Virus record (IMG/VR): IMGVR_UViG_2734482778_000014
Location: 1-13,254 of that record
DNA length: 13,254 bases
From: a virus
Taxonomy: Duplodnaviria > Heunggongvirae > Uroviricota > Caudoviricetes
Direction: 5' to 3' (one strand)
Position numbers and translations under genes: made by a program. The notes beneath the pieces were generated by a model, which did no database searches, had not been told where the DNA came from, and was given only the letters and a program-made list of their open reading frames with translations. This document shows positions 7,416-13,254 of the stretch, one piece after another (the stretch's first letter is position 1; every line of letters begins with the position of its first letter).

Positions 7416-7444
7416 ATTGACATATAAAATACTCTTAGTATTTT
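7416..7444 (+). promoter_or_regulatory. candidate sigma70 promoter: TTGACA (7416-7421), 17-bp spacer, TATTTT (7439-7444)
   Basis: Perfect -35 hexamer and acceptable -10 with correct spacing in the AT-rich region between the cassette and FI; predicted transcription start near 7451, reading toward the terminator at 7781-7809. Confidence 0.35.
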
Positions 7445-7780
7445 CGTGGATATTGTTCTATCCCCTAGATTTACATGCTTGTTGCTTATCATATCCTTAC
7501 ACTGAATCTTCGTTGGTTTGGTCAGCATCTCTAACCAGTCCCTCACGGAGAATTACTGCAACAATACAATTGTCATAAAACCTTCCGCTTAGAAGGGAAA
7601 ATGTCAACTCAACAAAGTGGTTGGCCCACTATTGATTAATAAACAATACTAGTAATGCTTCCATCGGCTGTAAGAAAAATTGAGGACTTCCGCTCCTCGC
7701 TCAAAGCAGGCTATCAGACTTGATAGCGTTTTGGCTATGTAAATTGTCAGTTGGAAAATGAGTGAGTACAAATCAGGACA

Positions 7781-7809
7781 GGCGGGCGAATTGCCCGCCT
7801 TTTCTTTAT
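7781..7809 (+). terminator. rho-independent terminator (GGCGGGC gaatt GCCCGCC then TTTTCTTTAT)
   Basis: Perfect 7-bp GC stem with 5-nt loop followed by a T-rich tract on the plus strand; no annotated plus-strand ORF of meaningful size ends upstream of it. Confidence 0.7.
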
Positions 7810-7903
7810 CTGTTGTTTCATCCACTGACCAGCCAGGTCAAATAGCGTCTCATGCACTGTCCAACAGAAAATAGTTGCACCCATTAACCACGGAGTTAAA
7901 CGG

Positions 7904-8565
7904 ATGAGTGACTATCATCATGGCGTGCAGGTGCTGGAGATTAACGACGGCACCCGCGTCATTTCCACCGTATCCACCGCCATTGTTGGCATGGTCTGCA
8001 CGGCCAGCGATGCGGATGCGGAAACCTTCCCCCTCAATAAACCGGTGCTGATTACCAATGTGCAGAGCGCAATTGCAAAGGCCGGTAAAAAAGGCACGCT
8101 GGCGGCGTCGTTGCAGGCCATCGCTGACCAGTCAAAACCAGTCACCGTTGTCGTGCGTGTTGAAGACGGCACCGGCGACGACGAGGAAACGAAACTCGCG
8201 CAGACCGTTTCCAATATCATCGGCACCACTGACGAAAACGGTCAGTACACCGGACTGAAAGCCCTGATGACACGATGGCTGAGGCGCACATGTGGGCTAT
8301 TGATAAGCCCATCACCGCAACGCTGATTCGCGACATCGTTGACGGCATCAATGCCAAATTCCGTGAACTGAAAAGCAACGGTTATATCGTGGATGGCACA
8401 TGCTGGTTCAGTGAAGAAGCCAATGATGCGGAAACCCTCAAGGCCGGAAAACTGTATATCGACTACGACTATACCCCGGTGCCTCCTCTCGAAAACCTGA
8501 CCCTGCGCCAGCGTATTACTTCAAGATACCTGGCAAGTCTGGTCACCTCGGTTAACAGCAATTAA
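7904..8565 (+). pseudogene. FI: tail sheath protein gene FI, disrupted: frame break and apparent internal deletion of about 0.5 kb
   Basis: ATG 7904 with GGAG SD. The N-terminal ~121 codons ([54 protein letters not shown]...TGLKAL) match the P2 sheath N-terminus as recalled. At about 8265-8270 the frame changes, and the sheath C-terminus ([35 protein letters not shown]...LVTSVNSN) continues in another frame to stop 8563-8565. Total coding capacity is about 220 codons, against the roughly 390-400 aa expected for a P2-type sheath. Confidence 0.8.
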
Positions 8566-8577
8566 GGAGCCTGACCG

Positions 8578-9096
8578 ATGGCAATGCCGCGCAAACTCAA
8601 GTTAATGAACGTCTTTCTGAACGGCTACAGCTATCAGGGCGTCGCGAAGTCCGTCACGCTGCCAAAACTGACCCGTAAGCTCGAAAACTATCGCGGTGCG
8701 GGGATGAACGGCAGCGCACCGGTAGACCTCGGCCTTGATGACGATGCGCTGTCAATGGAGTGGTCGCTCGGGGGCTTCCCGGATTCGGTTATCTGGGAAC
8801 TTTACGCCGCAACCGGTGTGGATGCCGTGCCGATTCGTTTTGCAGGCTCTTACCAGCGTGACGATACCGGCGAAACGGTGGCCGTCGAAGTGGTCATGCG
8901 TGGCCGTCAGAAAGAAATCGACACCGGCGAGGGTAAACAGGGAGAAGACACCGAGTCGAAAATCTCCGTGGTCTGCACCTATTTCCGGCTGACGATGGAC
9001 GGTAAGGAGCTGGTCGAAATTGACACCATCAACATGATTGAGAAGGTGAACGGCGTCGACCGGCTGGAGCAACACCGCCGCAATATCGGCCTGTGA
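8578..9096 (+). CDS. FII: tail tube protein (P2 gpFII), 172 aa
   Basis: ATG 8578 preceded by AAGGAG (8564-8569); 172 aa, the same length as P2 FII; sequence MAMPRKLKLMNVFLNGYSYQGVAKSVTLPKL... recalled as P2-type tube; conserved position after the sheath gene. Confidence 0.92.
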   Translation: MAMPRKLKLMNVFLNGYSYQGVAKSVTLPKLTRKLENYRGAGMNGSAPVDLGLDDDALSMEWSLGGFPDSVIWELYAATGVDAVPIRFAGSYQRDDTGETVAVEVVMRGRQKEIDTGEGKQGEDTESKISVVCTYFRLTMDGKELVEIDTINMIEKVNGVDRLEQHRRNIGL

Positions 9097-9103
9097 TTTT
9101 CAT

Positions 9104-9124
9104 CCGGTCAGCCTGGCTGACCGG
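9104..9124 (+). other. stem-loop between tube gene and gene E (ccggtcagc ctg gctgaccgg)
   Basis: Read directly: 9104-9112 is the reverse complement of 9116-9124 (9-bp stem, 3-nt loop), 8 nt after the FII stop. No strong T-run follows, so it is a possible attenuator, processing or stability element rather than a full terminator. Confidence 0.35.
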
Positions 9125-9152
9125 TTAACCCTGATTCAGAAGTGAGAAAACC

Positions 9153-9428
9153 ATGAACAAAGAAAATGTGATTACCCTGGACAATCCGGTCAAGCGTGGT
9201 GAGCAGGTTATCGAACAGGTCACGCTGATGAAACCCAATGCCGGGACGCTGCGCGGTGTCAGTCTGGCAGCGGTCGCGAACTCCGAAGTCGATGCACTGA
9301 TTAAGGTGCTGCCGCGCATGACGGCACCGATGCTGACCGAGCAGGAGGTCGCCGCGCTGGAACTGCCTGACCTTGTGGCGCTGGCCGGTAAGGTGGTCGG
9401 TTTTTTGTCGCCGAACTCGGTGCAGTAA
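9153..9428 (+). CDS. E: tail assembly chaperone (P2 gpE), 91 aa
   Basis: ATG 9153; 91 aa, the same length as P2 E; conserved position between tube and tape measure genes; contains the slippery heptamer near its 3' end. Confidence 0.88.
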   Translation: MNKENVITLDNPVKRGEQVIEQVTLMKPNAGTLRGVSLAAVANSEVDALIKVLPRMTAPMLTEQEVAALELPDLVALAGKVVGFLSPNSVQ

Positions 9429-9580
9429 CGTTTCCGAAAAATCTCTCGGTCGATGACCTGATGGCGGATGTGGCAGTGATATTTCACTGGCCGCCATCAG
9501 AACTGTATCCCATGAGCCTGACCGAACTCATCACATGGCGCGAAAAGGCGCTCCGGCGAAGCGGAAACACGAATGAGTAA
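9153..9580 (+). CDS. E': tail assembly chaperone E+E' fusion made by programmed -1 ribosomal frameshift
   Basis: Slippery heptamer T TTT TTG at 9401-9407 in the correct phase of the E frame (ggT TTT TTG); after a -1 shift the frame stays open to TAA 9578-9580, overlapping the T start codon at 9573. Combined product is about 142 aa. E/E' frameshifting is established for P2 and analogous to lambda G/GT. Confidence 0.75.
9401..9407 (+). promoter_or_regulatory. -1 frameshift slippery site TTTTTTG for E/E'
   Basis: Heptamer fits the X XXY YYZ pattern in the E reading frame; the -1 frame downstream is open for about 58 codons. Confidence 0.75.
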
Positions 9581-12020
9581 CAATGTAAAATTACAGGTAT
9601 TGCTCAGGGCTGTTGACCAGGCATCCCGCCCGTTTAAATCCATCCGCACAGCGAGTAAGTCGCTGTCGGGGGATATCCGGGAAACACAACAATCACTGCG
9701 CGAGCTGAACGGTCACGCATCCCGTATTGAGGGATTTCGCAAGACCAGCGCACAGCTCGCCGTGACTGGTCAGGAACTGAAAAAAGCCAGACAGGAAGCC
9801 GCAGCTCTGGCTGTCCAGTTTAAAAATACTGAACGACCGACAAATGCACAGGCAAAGGCAATGGAAGCCGCGCGTAAAAATGCGTCTGAGTTACAGGCGA
9901 AATATAACAGCCTGAGATTGTCGGTACAGCGCCAGCGTCAGGAATTGAGTCAGGCGGGTATTAATACCCGTAATCTGGCGCATGATGAACGAGGGCTGAA
10001 AAACCGTATCAGTGAAACCACCGCACAGCTTAACCGGCAGCGTGACGCGCTGGTGCGTGTCAGTGCGCAACAGGCAAAACTTAATGCAGTAAAACAGCGT
10101 TATCAGGCCGGAAAGGAACTGGCCGGAAACATGGCCTCAGTGGGCGCTGCTGGTGTGGGGATTGCGGCGGCGGGAACGATGGCCGGAGTTAAGCTGCTGA
10201 TGCCCGGCTATGAGTTTGCGCAGAAAAACTCAGAATTGCAGGCCGTGCTGGGTGTGGCAAAAGACTCCGCCGAAATGGCCGCGCTACGCAAGCAGGCGCG
10301 CCAGCTCGGCGACAATACCGCAGCCTCGGCGGATGATGCAGCCGGTGCGCAGATTATCATTGCGAAAGCCGGTGGGGATGTTGATGCCATTCAGGCGGCA
10401 ACGCCGATCACGCTGAATATGGCGCTGGCGAACCGTCGCACGATGGAAGAAAACGCCGCTCTGCTGATGGGGATGAAATCCGCCTTTCAGCTTTCAAACG
10501 ATAAGGTCGCTCATATCGGGGATGTTCTCTCCATGACGATGAACAAAACCGCCGCCGATTTTGACGGCATGAGCGATGCGCTGACCTATGCCGCACCTGT
10601 GGCAAAAAATGCCGGTGTCAGCATTGAAGAAACCGCCGCAATGGTCGGGGCACTGCATGATGCAAAAATCACAGGCTCAATGGCGGGGACGGGAAGTCGT
10701 GCCGTGTTAAGCCGCCTGCAGGCACCGACGGGAAAAGCATGGGATGCACTCAAAGAACTTGGTGTGAAAACCTCAGACAGTAAGGGAAACACCCGGCCAA
10801 TATTTACCATTCTGAAAGAAATGCAGGCCAGTTTTGAGAAAAACCGGCTCGGTACTGCCCAGCAGGCTGAATACATGAAAACCATTTTCGGGGAGGAAGC
10901 CAGCTCAGCCGCCGCCGTGCTGATGATTGCCGCCTCAACCGGAAAGCTGGACAAACTGACTGCTGCGTTTAAAGCCTCAGACGGGAAGACCGCAGAGCTG
11001 GTAAATATCATGCAGGACAATCTCGGCGGTGACTTTAAGGAGTTTCAGTCCGCTTATGAAGCGGTGGGGACAGACCTGTTTGACCAGCAGGAAGGCGCAC
11101 TGCGTAATCTCACGCAGACGGCCACAAAGTATGTGTTAAAACTAGACGGCTGGATCAAGAAAAACAAATCACTGGCGTCAACCATCGGCCTCATTGTCGG
11201 TGGCGCACTGGCGCTTATTGGCATCATCGGTGCCATTGGTCTTGTAGCCTGGCCGGTTATCACCGGCATCAATGCCATTATCGCGGCAGTGGGCGCAATA
11301 GGGGCAATCTTCACGACGGTTGGCAGTGCCGTTATGACGGCCATCGGGGCGATTAGCTGGCCGGTTGTGGCCGTGGTGGCCGCCATTGTCGCCGGGGCGT
11401 TGCTTATCCGTAAATACTGGGAGCCTGTCAGCGCATTCTTTGGCGGTGTGGTTGAAGGGCTGAAAGCAGCATTTGCGCCGGTGGGGGAACTGTTCACGCC
11501 ACTTAAGTCGCTGTTTGACTGGCTGGGCGAAAAGTTACAGGCCGCTTGGCAGTGGTTTAAAAACCTGATTGCCCCGGTTAAAGCCACCCAGGACACCCTG
11601 AACCGTTGCCGTGACACGGGCGTCATGTTCGGGCAGGCACTGGCTGACGCGTTGATGTTGCCGCTTAATGCGTTCAACAAACTGCGCAGTGGTATTGACT
11701 GGGTACTGGAAAAACTCGGTGTTATCAACAAAGAGTCAGACACACTTGACCAGACCGCCGCCAGAACTCATGCCGCCACGTATGGCACCGGTGGTTATAT
11801 TCCGGCGACCAGCTCTTATGCAGGCTATCAGGCTTATCAGCCGGTCACGGCACCGGCTGGCCGCTCTTATGTAGACCAGAGTAAAAACGAATATCACATC
11901 AGCCTGACGGGTGGTACTGCGCCGGGGACACAGCTTGACCGCCAGTTACAGGATGCGCTCGAAAAATACGAGCGGGATAAACGTGTGCGCGCCCGTGCCA
12001 GCATGATGCATGACGGTTAA
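9573..12020 (+). CDS. T: tail tape measure protein (P2 gpT), 815 aa
   Basis: ATG 9573; 815 aa, the same length as P2 T; coiled-coil-rich N-terminal half and a long Gly/Ala/Ile-rich hydrophobic segment (around nt 11150-11420) typical of tape measure proteins; conserved position after E/E'. Confidence 0.93.
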   Translation: MSNNVKLQVLLRAVDQASRPFKSIRTASKSLSGDIRETQQSLRELNGHASRIEGFRKTSAQLAVTGQELKKARQEAAALAVQFKNTERPTNAQAKAMEAARKNASELQAKYNSLRLSVQRQRQELSQAGINTRNLAHDERGLKNRISETTAQLNRQRDALVRVSAQQAKLNAVKQRYQAGKELAGNMASVGAAGVGIAAAGTMAGVKLLMPGYEFAQKNSELQAVLGVAKDSAEMAALRKQARQLGDNTAASADDAAGAQIIIAKAGGDVDAIQAATPITLNMALANRRTMEENAALLMGMKSAFQLSNDKVAHIGDVLSMTMNKTAADFDGMSDALTYAAPVAKNAGVSIEETAAMVGALHDAKITGSMAGTGSRAVLSRLQAPTGKAWDALKELGVKTSDSKGNTRPIFTILKEMQASFEKNRLGTAQQAEYMKTIFGEEASSAAAVLMIAASTGKLDKLTAAFKASDGKTAELVNIMQDNLGGDFKEFQSAYEAVGTDLFDQQEGALRNLTQTATKYVLKLDGWIKKNKSLASTIGLIVGGALALIGIIGAIGLVAWPVITGINAIIAAVGAIGAIFTTVGSAVMTAIGAISWPVVAVVAAIVAGALLIRKYWEPVSAFFGGVVEGLKAAFAPVGELFTPLKSLFDWLGEKLQAAWQWFKNLIAPVKATQDTLNRCRDTGVMFGQALADALMLPLNAFNKLRSGIDWVLEKLGVINKESDTLDQTAARTHAATYGTGGYIPATSSYAGYQAYQPVTAPAGRSYVDQSKNEYHISLTGGTAPGTQLDRQLQDALEKYERDKRVRARASMMHDG

Positions 12021-12034
12021 GGAGGTGACGAAAA

Positions 12035-12514
12035 ATGATGCTCGCGTTAGGTATGTTTGTTTTTATGCGCCAGACGCTGCCACACCAGACCATGCAGCGT
12101 GAATCTGATTATCGCTGGCCGTCAAATTCCCGTATCGGTAAACGGGATGCCTACCAGTTTCTCGGTGTTGGCGAGGAAAACATGACGCTTGCCGGTGTGC
12201 TTTATCCTGAACTGACCGGCGGAAAGCTGACGATGACCACGCTCAGGCTGATGGCAGATGAAGGCCGGGCGTGGCCGTTGCTGGATGGCACCGGCATGAT
12301 TTACGGCATGTATGTCATCAGCAAGGTGAGTGAAACAGGGAGTATTTTCTTTGCAGACGGCACACCCCGGAAAATTGATTTTACGCTGTCGCTCACCCGC
12401 GTTGATGAATCACTGGCCGCGCTTTATGGCGATATCAGTAAACAGGCGGAGTCGCTCATCGGTAAGGCCGGCAGTATGGCGACCAGATTCACAGGTATGA
12501 CGGGGGCGGGATAA
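12035..12514 (+). CDS. U: tail protein gpU, 159 aa
   Basis: ATG 12035 preceded by AAGGAGGTGA; 159 aa, the same length as P2 U; stop TAA 12512-12514 overlaps the D start by 1 nt. Confidence 0.9.
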   Translation: MMLALGMFVFMRQTLPHQTMQRESDYRWPSNSRIGKRDAYQFLGVGEENMTLAGVLYPELTGGKLTMTTLRLMADEGRAWPLLDGTGMIYGMYVISKVSETGSIFFADGTPRKIDFTLSLTRVDESLAALYGDISKQAESLIGKAGSMATRFTGMTGAG

Positions 12515-13254
12515 TGCTGGATGCGCTGACATTTGATGCAGGCAGTACGCTGACGCCGGATTATATGCTGATGCTCGACAGCAGGGATATTACCGGCAAT
12601 ATCAGCGACCGTCTGATGAGCATGACCCTGACGGATAACCGGGGCTTTGAGGCTGACCAGCTTGATATTGAACTGAACGATGCCGACGGGCAGGTCGGGC
12701 TGCCGGTTCGTGGCGCTGTCCTGACGGTGTATATCGGCTGGAAAGGTTTTGCCCTGGTATGCAAAGGAAAATTTACCGTTGATGAGGTTGAACACCGGGG
12801 CGCACCGGATGTGGTCACCATCCGCGCCCGGAGTGCAGATTTTCGCGGGACGCTCAATTCCCGCCGTGAAGGCTCCTGGCATGACACCACGCTCGGTGCG
12901 ATTGTTGAGGCGATAGCCTCCCGTAACAGGCTGGAAGCCAGTGTCGCTCCGTCACTGGCCGGAATTAAAATCCCGCACATCGACCAGTCGCAGGAGTCTG
13001 ATGCAAAATTCCTGACCCGCCTTGCTGAACGCAACGGCGGTGAGGTGTCGGTAAAAATGGGAAAACTGTTGTTTCTCAATGCGGGGCAGGGGGTGACGGC
13101 CAGCGGTAAAAAAATCCCGCAGATTACCATCACCCGCAGCGATGGCGACCGTCATCATTTTGCGATTGCTGACCGCGGAGCCTACACAGGTGTAACGGCA
13201 AAGTGGTTACACACCAAAGACCCGAAGCCGCAAAAGCTGCGTATTACCGTGAAG
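12514..13254 (+). CDS. D: tail protein gpD (late control / tail formation), 5' portion only; runs off window end
   Basis: ATG 12514 in a TAATG overlap with the U stop; frame open for 247 codons to the end of the window (MLDALTFDAGSTLTPDYMLMLDSRDITGNISDRLMSMTLTDNRGFEADQLDIELNDADGQ...). Not in the ORF track because no stop codon lies within the window. Confidence 0.88.
   Translation, partial: MLDALTFDAGSTLTPDYMLMLDSRDITGNISDRLMSMTLTDNRGFEADQLDIELNDADGQVGLPVRGAVLTVYIGWKGFALVCKGKFTVDEVEHRGAPDVVTIRARSADFRGTLNSRREGSWHDTTLGAIVEAIASRNRLEASVAPSLAGIKIPHIDQSQESDAKFLTRLAERNGGEVSVKMGKLLFLNAGQGVTASGKKIPQITITRSDGDRHHFAIADRGAYTGVTAKWLHTKDPKPQKLRITVK

Noticed and set aside
5800-7578. Plus-strand ORFs antisense to the cassette genes (5800..6060, 6553..6783, 6922..7143, 7246..7578) and minus-strand ORF 7355..7546
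   Set aside because: Short, overlapped by much longer motif-bearing minus-strand genes or lying in the AT-rich intergenic region without RBS; not supported as genes.
7600-7638. 12-codon mini-ORF (MSTQQSGWPTID) with a GAAGGG RBS, and a 38-codon ORF from ATG 7759 running through the terminator hairpin
   Set aside because: Too short and without conservation evidence to call as genes; mentioned only as part of the candidate noncoding unit.
7780-7903. P2 late-promoter element (partial dyad TGT-N12-ACA centred near -55) upstream of FI
   Set aside because: I scanned 7805-7870 and found no TGT-N12-ACA match; given possible rearrangement by the cargo insertion I do not call a late promoter here. A weaker or displaced site cannot be excluded without a position weight matrix.
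7918-9497. Small ORFs overlapping FI, FII and E (7918..8229 -, 8058..8258 +, 8735..8992 +, 8752..9075 -, 9108..9497 -, 9125..9487 -)
   Set aside because: Shadow ORFs within recognised tail genes; the one exception is the FI C-terminal frame (8275..8565), which is kept as part of the FI pseudogene.
9573-12093. Minus-strand and alternative-frame ORFs inside the tape measure gene (10208..10390, 10210..10416, 10408..10605, 10586..11020, 11054..11743, 11668..11874, 11899..12093)
   Set aside because: All lie fully within the well-supported 815-aa T gene on the other strand or frame; GC-rich coding sequence commonly gives long stop-free antisense frames; no RBS or motif support; Ala/Ser/Pro-rich low-complexity translations.
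12424-13158. Minus-strand ORFs antisense to U and D (12424..12882, 12561..13133, 12952..13158)
   Set aside because: Overlap the U and D coding regions on the opposite strand; Ser/Pro/Arg-rich translations typical of antisense GC-rich frames.
1-13254. CRISPR arrays, tRNA or rRNA genes, IS elements or integrase
   Set aside because: No spaced direct-repeat periodicity, no cloverleaf-like conserved tRNA segments, no transposase- or integrase-like ORF seen in any frame; none reported.

Overview
This window is the tail-gene module of a P2-like (myovirus) prophage from an enterobacterial host, with a horizontally acquired three-gene cassette inserted on the opposite strand between the tail fiber assembly gene (G) and the tail sheath gene (FI). 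That position is the P2 Z/fun cargo hotspot. Plus-strand order is: small lipoprotein gene (1-318), tail fiber (H-like C-terminus, ~414-2294), tail fiber assembly G (2298-2825), then sheath FI (7904-8565, disrupted), tube FII, E and E+E' (programmed -1 frameshift), tape measure T, U, and the 5' part of D running off the window end. The minus-strand cassette (2984-7347) is AT-rich and encodes, in transcription order, a putative PD-(D/E)xK-type nuclease effector (~438 aa), a 234-aa middle protein with no recognisable motif, and a ~786-aa SMC/Rad50-like ABC ATPase with a mid-protein CxxC (candidate zinc hook). The three genes overlap pairwise by exactly 17 nt. This matches the Lamassu / ABC-three-component (DdmABC-like) defence architecture, but family membership of the effector and middle protein is inferred from motifs and gene order only, so it may be a divergent or undescribed variant. 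The sheath gene has a frame break and is roughly 0.5 kb too short, so the prophage is probably tail-defective while the cassette is intact. Other observations: a promoter-to-terminator bounded noncoding unit between the cassette and FI, several strong hairpins and inverted repeats at module junctions, and a possible mosaic junction at the 5' end of the tail fiber gene. All assignments rest on reading the sequence and recalled protein families; no database search was run.
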